A stretch of DNA of 62,745 nucleotides, counting the filler, from Rhabdomonas costata (lineage: Eukaryota), in the NCBI GenBank assembly GCA_019059605.1. It is 42 parts of 42 records of this genome, joined end to end, with 100 filler letters (N's around TTAATTAATTAA, not from the genome) between each part and the next. Parts side by side here need not be neighbours in the genome. Positions count along the whole stretch, not along the records: positions 34,431 to 35,827 come from JAHMHO010017141.1; positions 35,928 to 37,322 come from JAHMHO010017142.1; positions 37,423 to 38,819 come from JAHMHO010017143.1; positions 38,920 to 40,316 come from JAHMHO010017144.1; positions 40,417 to 41,813 come from JAHMHO010017145.1; positions 41,914 to 43,300 come from JAHMHO010017146.1; positions 43,401 to 44,797 come from JAHMHO010017147.1; positions 44,898 to 46,293 come from JAHMHO010017148.1; 34 more parts are not named here. One strand, written 5' to 3'. Of this stretch, positions 34,727-48,294 are shown one piece after another; within the stretch, counting starts at the first letter, position 1, and every line of letters starts with the position of its first letter. Both the position numbers and the translations under genes were made by a program. Below the pieces are notes generated by a model that worked only from the letters and a program-made list of their open reading frames with translations, was not told the DNA's origin and searched no databases.

Positions 34727-37700
34727 CTGCACCCGCCACACCACAACCCTTGCCCCGCACTCGGACATAACACCGCTAGAGAGGGAAGGGGGCGATACCG
34801 TTGCTCGCGGTGTCAGAGAGATTTTTACGTGTTGTCGGGTTTAATATTCTTTTGCGTTCTTTTTCTTAGCGACTTTTTTTGGGTTCGAAAAATGGGTCCA
34901 AAAACAAAGGGTTTCGGACAAACAATGACGAGACAACTAAAGACCAAAAACGGCACAGCTCACATACATTGCAGATGATGGATGGATGAACCTAAGGAGG
35001 CTGAGCAGGGCAAGAAGGAGATTAACTTCCTCGCCAGGACCGCTTCTAACCAAAATCCAAAGAATCTCACGATATATCCATTGCTTCGGTGAAACGCGGA
35101 AAAAATCGGAAAGAAACGATTTTTTCAAACAAGAAATTTTTAAAAATGTGATTTTTGTGAAAATTCACGAAGTGAGATGGCGCTTAAGCTTCAAGTGGGT
35201 GGGCGCTAAGTCGGACCCGTAAGGCGACCACAGCAAGGAAAGAAACAACGACCACCCACAAAATCCAGAAATCCAGAAATCTCGGGGGGGGGGGGAACTC
35301 CCGACTTTCAAGGATGCACGTACGCACTGAGACGCAACCACCAAATGGAAGCATACGTTGGGACATGCAGACGGAGGCGATGCGCACACGCACTGGTTTA
35401 CCTGTTTTCAAGTTTCTTTACTGTTTTCACGAAGGTACAGTTTTGTCTGAACTTGTACAACGATGGTATTTTTCAAAATCTCTGTCAGTATTCTTAATAT
35501 GGACAGTTGCACCCCAAAACTCAGTGGAACTTGTAACCTGTTTGAACCTGGTCTCTTCAATCCATATGCAATTGTCAGGGAGATAACATGATTCCGCACT
35601 CGCATGACTGGGGAGATTTTTTTCTGTTTCCTTCGTTTGTTTTTAGTTCTGCAACCATACGGAATGCCAAGAGATTTACAATTTACATACGTGGTTTGTC
35701 AGAATTTGGTTAGATCAGCAGAATTGCAACCTATCAGAAGGTCTTGACAAGCAGAAAAAGGAAAATATTATCCGCGGAGAAAGGGAGGGAACGTGTGATA
35801 GGTTGCAATTCTGCTGATCTAACCAAANNNNNNNNNNNNNNNNNNNNNNNNNNNNNNNNNNNNNNNNNNNNTTAATTAATTAANNNNNNNNNNNNNNNNN
35901 NNNNNNNNNNNNNNNNNNNNNNNNNNNTTTGGTGTCCCTGGACCTGAACCTGGAGTGAGGGAGTGCCTCTCTATACCCACTTGGGCCAATTGTGAGTGAA
36001 ACAGAGAAAGCCAAGCAAAAACGCATTTTAAAAAGCATATCTATGAACTCTGAAGTCTATTGCGTATCATGATTTTGAATATTTCGACTAAACTTCCGAG
36101 GAAAGGTCTTGCGAAGCCAGTACAGATGTGGTGGTTGCTCGTCTCACTCAAGCGCGAACGCGAGAACAAAAGAGCCGTCCTAATCGAAGCACACAAAAAA
36201 ATGGTTGCAATCATCCACCCCGCATCCAGTGGGAATGGAGATGATGGAGATGGGTGGCCCAGCGGTCAGGCAGAGGTGTGCCAATGACTGTGTCAAAAAA
36301 CGGAGAGGGGGGGTGCCACTCTAATTGTGGGTCCATTCATGGCTATAGATCGGACTGCTGTAGCACCGATTGACCGCTGACAACCGTGGCGACTTGTCAG
36401 GTTACGTACCACTGGAGTGGATTATATTTCCTCCCTGCTCTTGCTTTGCATCACGTTACGTTGGCATTAAGACTTTTTAGCTCTCCGTTTTTAAATCCTG
36501 GGCTTTCTCTCTCTCCTTTCTCCCCCCATCGGCGCCATCCTGTTTCCATCCCGTGTCCCCCTATTTTATGTCTGTGCCGCTGCCTCACCGCCCTGCATCC
36601 ACGAGGGCGCACCGCAGGCGTGCCGCTGCCTACCCTGGCGCCCTTCTTGCGGTCCTTGCCTTGGCTCTGGCCCTTCAGGCCTGCGCGCAACCTCAGGTGC
36701 CCGCCCCTCCCCGAAAAAAGGAATAGAGGAATTACAATGGAATCCTTCGGCAATTACTCACAATCGCGGCTCTCGAAGATTCCATTCGAGGTGGACCTTT
36801 GGCAGTGCAGGTGTCTCTTAATTGAACTTGTAGGAGGTTGGTGAACGTTGAAAGTTGCTCGAGATACGATTGATTAAGATTTAAGGGAACAGGAAGCCTT
36901 GCATCTCTAGGGAGTTGGTTGGTTCCCCAGGTAGTCGCCGTTAAATTTTGGATTGCCGATATTTTCTCGATGTGCTGGTAACATAAACTGGAGTTTTTCG
37001 CTCGCTTTTGAGATAGCGCGGACCGCACGTCGGTAACTGGGTAACTGCGCGAAAATGTTTTTCGCGGGATCCTTCGTGGGAGGAAAATTCTCGCTTCGCC
37101 GACATAATGCGTGTCATCAAACAAACCCACTGTCTCCTTCCCTCCCCTGTCCTCCTGGTGACCCAGGTCCGACCTGCATTCAATTCTGCCAATCGGGGCT
37201 CCACCGTGCACCGTGGACCTTGAACAGCCAGGTCGTTTGGGCCAAGAGGGGGAACAGCTCTACTCTTACCTTTTCCGCGGCTTTCTCCAAGAAGCTCTGC
37301 CACTGCCCTGCCCACACAACAANNNNNNNNNNNNNNNNNNNNNNNNNNNNNNNNNNNNNNNNNNNNTTAATTAATTAANNNNNNNNNNNNNNNNNNNNNN
37401 NNNNNNNNNNNNNNNNNNNNNNGACGGCGCTTGGGAAATCAAAACCCTTACACGACGTCGAAAGAACCACTCCGCGGATAAAATCAAAAAATGGAAGGAA
37501 TCCAAAGCCATTACACACAGCCAAAGGTATGCAAGAATTCTTGAGAGCAGGTATGGGATGCCGCACCGCCATCAACCTCCTAGACCTCTCGTATTAAGCT
37601 CAAACAAGCCCGAGTAACTCATGGTGGCAGGAAGGCCTGTCACAAGCATATTGACACTTGATCTACCAGTTTTTGAATTCCCCTAACCAAAAGGCTGCAA

Positions 37701-37802
37701 TTGCGAGGGTAATGAGGACATGCCGTGCCGGCTAATGCGGATGATGCCACCACTGCGGCTAATGCGCGTGCTAAGCTTGGGGTGCGGCGTCGCTGTGAAT
37801 AC

Positions 37803-38037
37803 GGGTTGGTAGGGGGAGGCACACCCTCCTCGTCCTCGTCCTCGTCAATTTCGTCAGAGCTGCTGCTGCTGGAGACGGGCTCCCCCTCGGAGTGCTCCTC
37901 GTCCATGGCATCGGTCAGCGAGCTGGGCAAGTCAATCCCCAGATCGCTGCTGGCATCGGTGTCGGGCGGCATCGCCCCCATTCCCTCGTCCAGCTCATCC
38001 TCCGTGCCGTCCCAGTCCCAGTCCTCCTCGGGCTCCC
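37803..38037 (-). CDS. Acidic low-complexity exon
   Basis: EPEEDWDWDGTEDELDE...DEIDEDEDEEG, with CAG acceptor and GT donor. Confidence 0.6.
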
Positions 38038-39638
38038 CTGCGCCGCACAAAGAAGACCCCTCTACCGCAAAAACGCAGAATTGTGGTACAAGGATAACCG
38101 CTCTTCGCCTGAGGGTCAATCGCTTCATTTATCTTCTCAATAGCCACCGCACTCTCTTTCTTTCCAATACTTGTCCTCCCTCCTTCTCTTTTCCCAATCG
38201 CATCCTCTCCGTCGTTCTCCTCCTGTTCTCGTTCAGAGTGACCTGCAAATCATGCAGGTTTGGTACCCCGACAAATTCTTGCTGTTGTTCTGGTTTTTCT
38301 AGGGTGATGTGAATACCTCATTAAAAGTTAACCCATCTCTCGACTCTTTTACAATCTTTCTCCACACACATTCCTCCTCCATCTCACCCACTCTTTTCCA
38401 ACCCCTTATAAGAAAGGTAATCTTGAGTTTTCGCTGTTTTCGCCAAATTGCTTTGCGTTTTTGTACTCTAGACATTGGACATTCCGCATTGTCCCGAGTC
38501 AGTTACTCCTGATTTGGCGTGGGGTAACTGTGCAGAGTCATTATCTTTTCAGGTCAAGTGACGCAAAAAAAAAAAGATGCGCAAGTGCGGCCAGTCGGTG
38601 GTCAGAGACGAAAGTAAAAAAAGGAGGAAGGTGAATGTGAAACCGTGGGTGCTGATGTGTGCCGCAACAGCTACACACATGTACACAGACACACACAGTC
38701 CGTTTGTGCCGTTTCCAATTTCCCAAAAGGAAGAGATACATACAGCTTCCGAATTTCGCAGAGACAGCGCTCGATGCGCTCGACCTACTGCCCCTAGACA
38801 CCCCATCCACCACACCCCCNNNNNNNNNNNNNNNNNNNNNNNNNNNNNNNNNNNNNNNNNNNNTTAATTAATTAANNNNNNNNNNNNNNNNNNNNNNNNN
38901 NNNNNNNNNNNNNNNNNNNGGGTGTTGAAGTAGCTGGTGCTGGGGTCCGAGCTCAGGGAGGGGGGCAGCAGGCCCTGCAGCTCAGTGTCTTCGGTGGAGG
39001 AGCTGCGCATACTGCGAGATCAGGGGGTGGGGCTGCACTGGTGTGCGAGTTCTTGTTGTGCGGGAAGGACTTTTGAATCAGAAGATTGTCAGAATATCGG
39101 AAAACTGAAAGCACTGCATGTGCACATCCTGCTTTCCACGCTGCATTGCTGTGATATCTAGTCTCTCTCGCGCCCCCAACACTTCGTGACTCAGCACCAA
39201 AAAAGAAAGACAAACCGAAAGTGGGACACTATTTTTCGCGCTTCAGGTTCGCCATCCTGACAATATTGGGTGCCAAAAAGCCGTCGGAGAGTCAACCTGT
39301 CTCTCAAGTCTGAGGTAACGACAAGAATCGGGAAGAGGGCACAATTTCTGTTGGACACGCCGAGCGAGCACCACCACCATCCGAAAGAATGATAAACGTC
39401 AAAACACCCATTGGTCTTTGGTTAGCGTTTGCTGAGAAAAAGGGAATTCGGTTTGAGGTTTCAGCTGACAGGAAGCTGACAGGAAAACAATTCAAGCACG
39501 ACGCAAGGTCTCAGGTTCGCAGACCACCAAAACAAGGAAACGCGGTGTTCATTAAGAGTTGGCGCGCTGTGAGCTGTGACTTATCGACGAGTACGTGGGT
39601 GGAGGCAAAGGCACTCCCATCCCAGATTGGAGACATAC

Positions 39639-39817
39639 AGAAGGTAGCGTGGGGTGAACAGGTCGGGAGCGGACGGAGAGGAAGCAACGCCTTCGTCAGG
39701 CTCGTTCAGAATGGTTTCGGTTATCCTCTCCTCGGTCTCTTGCAGCTCTTCGACCTCAGACGACCCGCGGTCCTTGGCCAGCATCCGCACCCATGATAGC
39801 AACAAATCTCGCTCATT
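39639..39817 (-). CDS. Exon of an unknown protein
   Basis: NERDLLLSWVRMLAKDRG...DLFTPRYL, between a pyrimidine-rich CAG acceptor and a GTATGT donor. Confidence 0.5.
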
Positions 39818-41929
39818 CTGTGAAGCAAGGCAGCAGAAAAAAACGAACAGTATTTTCGCACAAACGCTAAGAAAGCAAAAGCAAAAATGAAATTCAGGAA
39901 AAGCCAACCTGCAATGTGGAGGCTTGCGTTAGTACGCTCATGAACTGGTCATGAATGAAAGAGTTGCGTTGCCTGGCCTCCTCGTTCATCAGAGCGCCAC
40001 GAGCACACTCCTAGAGAAGTGGGGACGCGCACCTCGCAAACCTGCACAACTTACACACCTGTGTTGTAGCAGGAAGGAACTGCAAAAGCAGGTTATATGT
40101 GCTCAAAGCTCAACATTGAGTTTGGATGGGATGGGTTAAAATAGATCCCTCTGCCTCTGGACTCAACGAGAAAAAGGGAGAAACCCCTTCAGTTCTGCCC
40201 TGAACGGTCAGAAATGAAGGGCAGACATCTTGACTTTGTTTTGTAGGTTGCAGGTAGCAGGGCAGAATGTCTGTGGTTGTGAAACTGAAACTGCCAACAC
40301 CAATTGTGAAACACACNNNNNNNNNNNNNNNNNNNNNNNNNNNNNNNNNNNNNNNNNNNNTTAATTAATTAANNNNNNNNNNNNNNNNNNNNNNNNNNNN
40401 NNNNNNNNNNNNNNNNTGTTTTGTGGTTCCGTGTGTGTGTGTGCGCGTGGGTTGTTGCTGTGTAGCGTCAGGTGCGCTTTGGGGCGGAAGTTTCTTTTTG
40501 GCTCTTAGAACCAAAATGAGAAAGCAAAAAAATTGCTGTTGGAATACCGGGTGGAGTTGCAGAAGTTCCTTCTCTTATCGGGAAGCATGCCGGGATGCTA
40601 CAAACCGAATTCCGGGCCACCTTCGCGCCAGCATGAAGTTACCTGCCTTTGGGGACGCCATAGCAGCCCCCGCCAAATGCTCAGTAACCACCACCCCGCA
40701 TTACAATAAAGCAACAACTCAAGTTGGAGTTCTGTGGTCACAGTTAGGCCTCTTGGTTGGTCCGGCCGGTCTGTTCTCTGATTATGTGACCAATGAAGCA
40801 GCCGTTGGAGGTGGCGCTTTGGGAACACAAGGTGACATCTTTCTCTTGGTAGCATTTCAAGGTTGTCTTGAAGTAACCGTCCTAGCCACTGCCCGCCATC
40901 AGGGTCTGGGCGAGATTCTGAGGTATGGGGAGGCCCGTCCCACGGTGGACCAGTCCGATCCGGCTTGGCCTGTCTTGACCATGAGAGACCATCCAGCGAA
41001 TAAAGTAACGTTTCGTGCCGAAAGTAGGGAAAGTTGGTGGTCCCTATACCCAGTTCCCAATCTCGATAAGGCTCCCTTAACATTGGTGAGGGTCCGGAGG
41101 CCGAATGAAGAGAATAGATTCCAATTTGGAAGGATCCCCGGCACAGCGATAAGGGAAAGAACGTACACCTGTTGAGCAAGAGCGGGGGGGGTGAGGGGTC
41201 GAGACAGTGGACTGCTCTCTCGCTCTCCCCGGTTGACTCTGTGATGCATGGTCGCAGTGTCATCGGGGCTTGCTGTGTTGTGCGTGGAGCTTGATGTATT
41301 TTTGCTGTGGGTGCAGCTCGTCCTGCGCTATTGCCGAAGTCGAGAACACATACTCCAGCACCCCCCATTGAAGTGGTGGGACTGTGAGCCCATCGCTTTC
41401 CGATACAGTGATTCAGGCAACAACAACTGATCAAATACTGTTTGAGCAGATTACTGACGATCACGGGCTAGAAGGTGGTTGGGCTGCTTTCTTTGTGGTA
41501 TGTCAGTATGTGTATGCGCATGTCGTCTGCGGATTTTCTCATCCTGAGAATTCTTTTTTTGGGAGGAGTTTGCGTAGGCAGTTCCGGGTGGGCAAAGCTT
41601 CTGAGGCTCTGCGCTGTATGGGGGGTTCGGTTGAGTTTTTTGTGACAGGGCGGCAGGTTAGAGGAGATGGTGTTAAAGTGTGTACCATCGATTCCACTGA
41701 CAATTGCTGTGAATCGTGCGCTTTTTACCATGCTCGTATCCGTGCCTTTCTTACTCTCATTTTTTGGTCACCTGTCTCCCTCTCTACAAGAACCGGACAG
41801 TTGACCAAACACCNNNNNNNNNNNNNNNNNNNNNNNNNNNNNNNNNNNNNNNNNNNNTTAATTAATTAANNNNNNNNNNNNNNNNNNNNNNNNNNNNNNN
41901 NNNNNNNNNNNNNTGTTTTTTTGTCACAG

Positions 41930-42747
41930 AGGCCATTGCAGAGGAGGTGGATCTCAAAGGGATTGACCTCGTGGACCGAGAGGCAGAGTGGCTGCAGCAG
42001 ACCACTCGGAGTGTTCGCCAGAGGGCGAACGAACTCCTCAAAACAGGGCTGGAGCAGCAGGTTCCTGCCTCTCCCACTCCCAGACTATGCCGGTGTTATG
42101 ATTCGACGATACTTCGCCTTTCCACTCACATGGTTGTGACTTTCTCAGTTTGGTTGAAATGGAAGGCGTGTGTGGGTGGGGGGGTAACGGTTATCAACGG
42201 TAACAACATTAACTATGGGAGAATATTTTAAGTTGTTTAAGGGCCCCAGGTCACGTCCCCGCCCCAGCCGCTCGCTCCGGCTGCCGCTCAGCGCCGCTGG
42301 GCTTCACCCCTAAACTAATGCTGTCCTACTCGCAGCAGTAGTTTTCAGCTGCTAAGCAAAACTGTTAATCTAGGGTGCACTGGCAAAGCTTACCTGACCC
42401 CCTTACACAAAAAATAAAGTCATTTTTAGAGTGCTGGCATTTTCACGTGACCGTTTTTTGGTTAATTAGCAAGAAAAAAAATTCAAGACACTTTCTGTTT
42501 TCAGTGGTAGTGTTAACACTCCCCCCCCCCCCAACTTCCATTGGGCCCAGTTCGGTCGGTCGGTCATCTTGCACTTTTCCTCAATTACCCAGCCAACCTC
42601 AGCAGCGTCTCCATTTCCTTTTGCTTTTTGCTTTGTTTTTTTTTCACTGTTGTGCAGTTCTGCTCTTTTGCTGCGATTTCGCAGAATCAGGCGGACGTCG
42701 GAGTTGCCCTGCAGACCTTCCACAACCTGGAATGCCTGCCCACCATT
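41930..42747 (+). CDS. COG5: Conserved oligomeric Golgi complex subunit 5, partial, two exons
   Basis: 41930-42060 gives DLKGIDLVDREAEWL...VRQRANELLKTGLEQQ and 42685-42747 gives NQADVGVALQTFHNL. Matches COG5 L.GI.VI......A..LL..GL...N...VG.ALQVF.NL. Confidence 0.88.
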
Positions 42748-43513
42748 GTATGAGCTTGCTGATTGAGGGGAGGAGGTTGCGATCACAGGCACCATTCAAA
42801 TGCCCATAAATTCCCTGGACATTGTTGCTGTCAGTGTGTTTCCCGTCTATCACACCTAAAAAAAAGAATGCCCATAAATTGCTCCCTGGCACACAGACCG
42901 CTCTCTGAGATTGAACTTTCAACTGGTCACATTGAACTCTGAACTTTGACCTGGACCTTTGACCCGGCTTTTGAAATTTTTCTTTGAATTTTTTATGGTT
43001 TTGTTTCAGCCGTAAGGTTGAACTTTGAACTGGTCACATTGAATTAAATTGACCTTTGCTTTGAGACCCTCGATAAACTTAGATCGGTGGCAAACCCATT
43101 CGTGGGAGTTTTTGCAACAGCAGCATTGAACCGCACACCTCTGTGGTGTGGAAGAGTTTCGGAGGCAAAAGATCTGCAGAATCCCAGAGCAACAGTATCG
43201 AGAAAAAATTCCTCGTGCACCCACGTGTGAGTATGTGCATGAGGAATTTTTTCTCGATACTGTTGCTCTGGGATTCTGCAGATCTTTTGCCCCCAAAACA
43301 NNNNNNNNNNNNNNNNNNNNNNNNNNNNNNNNNNNNNNNNNNNNTTAATTAATTAANNNNNNNNNNNNNNNNNNNNNNNNNNNNNNNNNNNNNNNNNNNN
43401 GGTGTGTGTGATGATGGATGCTGCGGTGCTCTGATTGAGGTGGGGAGTTATATGGGAGAGGAAGAAAGAGAGACGCGAGTCTCAGAAGAGAACGTTTCCC
43501 TTAGAGTCCTCTT

Positions 43514-43538
43514 AGAGAGAGAGAGAGAGAGAGAGAGA
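43514..43538. repeat. (GA)n microsatellite
   Basis: Pure GA run. (CA)n/(TG)n runs also occur at about 4333-4350, 15706-15726 and 26548-26570. Confidence 0.9.
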
Positions 43539-45226
43539 AACGTGAAGAACCAGACGGATTCTCCGCATTGGAGGCGACGACCTTCAGGGAAGGCGAGCAA
43601 GCCGGGCTCGGCCTCGGTGTGGAAGGAAGGGGTGCAACTTAGAAAAAAAAAGAGGTTCTTCCCTTCTGCGCTCTAAGCTGGCTATCACCCTGAGGATTCA
43701 CGCGATGTCACGGCTTTACAGTGTTCACCTCTGCATCTCCGCAAAGGTCTCTCTGGGCCACAGGGACCTTTGCACAGGCGGCGAATTCAACCTCCCCCCC
43801 TCCCCAACCACCAACTGTTCATTAATCGTAAGGGAAGCAAGGGAGGGGGAACGAAAATACATGCTTCTTGTTGACCAATCGCTCCTTTTTCGAGGCCATT
43901 ATTCTGGACCCTTGCGGTGCGACGTTCCGACTCGAGCCGCAGCTGTGACCTCCACCTAACCTGTTGCTGTCCCATTTCGACCACGAATAGCCCGGCATCA
44001 GGCCAGTCTGTAGCCAGCACTATTTTGGGGGTGTGGGCTTCACACCAAAACAAGCTCAACCCCGCTCTCTGGTGCACCTTGCACAACTCGGCGGACAAGC
44101 TGACAACCTTTTCAGCAAGATTTCTGTTAGTATTATTAGTATTTTGTCAAAGTGCAACCACAACACCTGAGAAATAAGACAAGGCAAAGAGGAGGGGAGC
44201 AGACAATGCGGGGCACAGCACAGGACGACGTACCCGGGGGGACCTCCTCATCAGGCACGACGCCAGGGCAAAGCACAGGGGAGACTGCAATGTCCACCAC
44301 TGCGCAGGGGGAAGGGGTGTGTGTTATTGTCATAACCAGTGATAGCGACGAGTACTACAACAAAACGTGATCGGAAATAACTTAACGTGATCCACAAGAA
44401 GTCCTATGGCTCAAATTGGGACAAGGGCTCATTCGAAGCAAGCGAGTTTTCATCGCGTACACGAGGAGTCTGATCAAATTTCTCGGACTCCCGACTGCTA
44501 GGCATACGTTCAAACATTTTCCAGGGGCCGCCAGATTAGAGAATCGGACTTATCCCACTGTAGGTCACGGCTCGCTTTGCCCCCATAAAAAAGAGTGGGG
44601 GGGGGGGTTCAAGTGAGCCACCTGAACTAGGCCCATTTTTGCACAACCTGACCCACGTGCCACGGCGTATTTATGTGATAAAGTGCGGGTCGATACGTCA
44701 CGAGGGGATAAAAATCATGTTTTCGAAAGCAATGGGAAGGGGGACTGCCCTGCAGCGATGCTGTCCCAAGTTGCATTTATGTCTAAAAAAAACCACCNNN
44801 NNNNNNNNNNNNNNNNNNNNNNNNNNNNNNNNNNNNNNNNNTTAATTAATTAANNNNNNNNNNNNNNNNNNNNNNNNNNNNNNNNNNNNNNNNNNNNGGG
44901 TGGGGGGGCTCCGCCCGAAACCCTGAAATCCGGTCTAAAACATGTTTAAACCACCCAAAAAAAAAACAGTCCGAACCAACACCAATCAGATTGCAACCAT
45001 ACAAACCATAAAAAACCAGCAGCAGTCAAAAACACCACAAAACCAAGTCAACTATTCAAAACCACGGACAACAAGTTTAACCCTATTGAGCTAAAATGCA
45101 TATGAGGGTTGCTGCCAAGGCGGGAGGGAGGAAAAAAGGAAGAAAAAAATCCAAAAAAAATAGCACAATCAGCCAACAGCCAACAGCATAAGCAAACACC
45201 GAGCCACCACCGCGCGCAGGGCATAC

Positions 45227-46095
45227 TTCATGTGAAACTTCTGCTCCGGGATCTCCCGGGGGATGGCGCTGACGGGCTGGGGGTTGGTCAGAATGCTCCT
45301 CTTGTACCCCGCGGCGCCCCCGATGAACACCAACGGCATCGACACCAGGAACCACAGCGCAATCTATGTGTTGGTTTTGCCACAGCGTCCCAAAATAGGG
45401 GAGCGGGGAGAAGAAGTGCTGCAACAATTTCCAAGCACAGCAATTCGCTGGTCACGCCTCGGTTCATTTACATCGAGAAGTAGCGAAGTAACAAGGTGGT
45501 AGAGGCTCAAGCAGAAATCGTCTCAGAGTTTAACTTGACATTAATGTGAGGTGAAAAGAGACTGCCTGCCAGTCCTTCTGCACCCCCCGCTACAAAATGG
45601 CAAGAGGTCCAATCCCAAAAAGAATGAAAAGCTGCCCTCTACGACGGTGATGGCGGGTTAAGCAGACACAAAAAAGAAGGCTGAAACACAATCGCGAGAG
45701 AAGATAGAGCGAGTGATGGAAGATGCGGCAGCGGAAGAGGGTCGACAAACTGCTTTCTGAGGTCTCTTCATTCCTACCACACCCAAACCCTAACCCCAAC
45801 TCAGCGTGTGCGACAAAACCTTGAAGGGCCCAAAACATCAACATCTGGCATACGTCAACAAAGAGCAATGAAAAAAAAGGAAGGAACACAGGTTTCGGCC
45901 ACAAGGATTTCCATTGTCAATTTCACCCTCCCTCTCACCAGTTAGCCTTCATTCAATATGCCCGACAATGCTGCTCATGAAACATCGAGGCTCGGAATGC
46001 ATGCAAACCAGTCCCAGAAGGGTGATGAACGGCGCCGCGCTGGAGGCTTCGTTGTACCACAGCATCAGGTTCAGCATGAAGAAAACCCCGAAGAC
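45227..46095 (-). CDS. Transmembrane 9 superfamily (EMP70/nonaspanin) protein, partial, two exons
   Basis: 46095-46009 gives VFGVFFMLNLMLWYNEASSAAPFITLLGL and 45363-45227 gives IALWFLVSMPLVFIGGAAGYKR...P..VSAIPREIPEQ. Typical TM9SF motifs, phase-0 join. This frame is absent from the supplied ORF track. Confidence 0.92.
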
Positions 46096-47202
46096 CTGTG
46101 GGTAGGAACGGGCGGGCAGCAAAGCGAAAATCGCACCGCTCCAAAAAAATTGTCCGGAAATGCAACAGGAACAAACAGCCTACCATTGCAGCTACCTGAA
46201 AAAAGAATACTGAACAAAAGCCACAAGTAAGTATTCTAATCGAATTTTTCACCATCCGAAAAAAAGAGATGTGCAAGGGCAAACCCAACCAACNNNNNNN
46301 NNNNNNNNNNNNNNNNNNNNNNNNNNNNNNNNNNNNNTTAATTAATTAANNNNNNNNNNNNNNNNNNNNNNNNNNNNNNNNNNNNNNNNNNNNGTGTTTT
46401 TTTTACTGTTCTCTTGTCTTGTTTGTCATATCCGCCGCAGCGTTTTTTTTGCCACTCAGTGTTGCGGGCGATGGTTTGGGGAGTAGGGATGGGATTAAGT
46501 GGTTTGTCGCTTTTTAACGGTGAGGTACGAATCAGGCGGTTGTTTTTGCAGTTCCTGGGGGAACCGCCGGTTGGGGGAGTTTTTTGGTGGGCATTGGCGG
46601 ACAGAGTGGGGCAGAGGTTACACGCATAAATTGCCCTGTAGACGTATGTCCGTGGCTTCTGGAGACTTGGGGTGGGTGTGTTTCCTGCTGTGATTGTCCT
46701 TCTCCTTTCCCTTTTCTCTGTAACTTCTTATTTTTTTCCGCAACTTTTGATGTGATAGGGACTGCGAGTGATGGGAGCGACTGAAATCTAACATGTTGCA
46801 CGCCCGAATTCAACAAAAAAAAAACTCACGGAAACCGGCACAAATTAGAATAGGCGTTAGGCGTCAATCATTTTCTGACTCTGCAAAATCTGAAAAGTCA
46901 ATTCACGCTTTTGGTGTTGGCTTTCCTCACGGTTTCTGTTGATTTCCAACCGTAACAATGTCCTGTGGAATATTAAGCCCAGTAACTTCCGTGAAATCGT
47001 GAAGGTATTGCGTAACGCGTAACGAAGTCCTTTTTGGTATGTTGGTATTCCGCAACAAGTGCAATCCCTCCATGACGTGCCCAAATTGTCAACCCCGATT
47101 GCGGCGTAGCTTGCTATCTCTGGTGTCTGTTGGATTCTAACAAACATTTTCTCAGTGTGCAGATTTTCAGGTCTTTTCAAACGGAGGGGGTGGGGGTTCT
47201 AG

Positions 47203-47272
47203 GCCATTGTTTTGGCCAACCTGTGCGTGAGCTATATCATGACCAGCGAGAATGAGAAGGCCGAGGACGACC
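47203..47272 (+). CDS. IFT70: Intraflagellar transport protein 70 (TTC30/DYF-1/fleer), single exon
   Basis: AIVLANLCVSYIMTSENEKAED is near-identical to the conserved TTC30 motif AIVLANLCVSYIMTSQNEEAEE; TAG acceptor and GTGAGG donor. Confidence 0.9.
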
Positions 47273-48035
47273 GTGAGGTTTGATTCATCGTGTGCTGTTG
47301 TGTAGCCCTCAGACAGCCTTCTCATTAATGGGTGAGAGGGTGCTTGCGTGACTGCGGTCGTGTTTCTTATCCCTCCACCAAGTCAACAAGCCTTCTGGGG
47401 GTTGAGTAATATGTAATCCGCTTTGCGCACCTTTTCTCTCTCCATGAGTTGAGTCCTTGTTCCTTCGCCTGCTGGGCCAATGACGGCGGCAGATATGCCT
47501 TTTCTTCCTGCTCGTCGTGGTTTAACCCGCAGATCGATTTGGGAATCCTTCTGCTGTTTTTTTTCTGGGCAGTTGCGCGGCCCGAAGGTTACCCACCCAC
47601 GGGACCCAGTTCCAATTTGCAGCTGTTCGAGCAACCATGTCATTGCCTGTTAGCTTGTCGGGGGGAGGTTGGAGGTTTCTTTTGCGCGGAAGGGAACCCC
47701 GTTCCAAAAGCACCACAGAGCATCCCGCAAATCATCAAGTTCTTTTTCGGTACGTCCGAGCCGTTTGCCGTTGCACACTTGCATGATANNNNNNNNNNNN
47801 NNNNNNNNNNNNNNNNNNNNNNNNNNNNNNNNTTAATTAATTAANNNNNNNNNNNNNNNNNNNNNNNNNNNNNNNNNNNNNNNNNNNNTGTGGGTGTGAG
47901 ATAGTGTGAAATGTGCTTGTGTGTTGACTGGGGTTGTGCAGTTTGGGTCGGAAACAGCCGTTTTGAATCAAAATTTTCATCCGCGAACCTATCTCCCTTT
48001 CTAATCCTTCTGTCTGTCTGTTGCTCTTTTTTCAG

Positions 48036-48294
48036 CACCGATCCCCCTTCTGGACTGATTTCAATCAATGGAGAGATAAACTGTGTCCAACTTGACCTGA
48101 TCTTGTCAAAAATCGTTGCTGCGATACAGGTGGGTCAAAAATGGCACAGTTTTCCTTTTGTACTGCCTTTCCCGTTGTGAATATGTTGACTTCTTTTACT
48201 ATTAATTCAGGAAGTGAGCATCCGAAGTGTTATAGCAGAGCGCAGTGCTGAATGTTCTCTCCAGCAGGCTGACACCGCTGCCTCCGCCGTCGAG
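48036..48294 (+). CDS. Two exons of an unknown protein with an 80-nt intron
   Basis: 48036-48130 and 48211-48294, both CAG/GT bounded, with a phase-0 join (…LSKIVAAIQ/EVSIRSVIAE…). Confidence 0.45.

Noticed and set aside
40740-40860. Integrase zinc-finger call for LVFPKRHLQRLLHWSH
   Set aside because: The second His and the CxxC pair are missing at the expected spacing.
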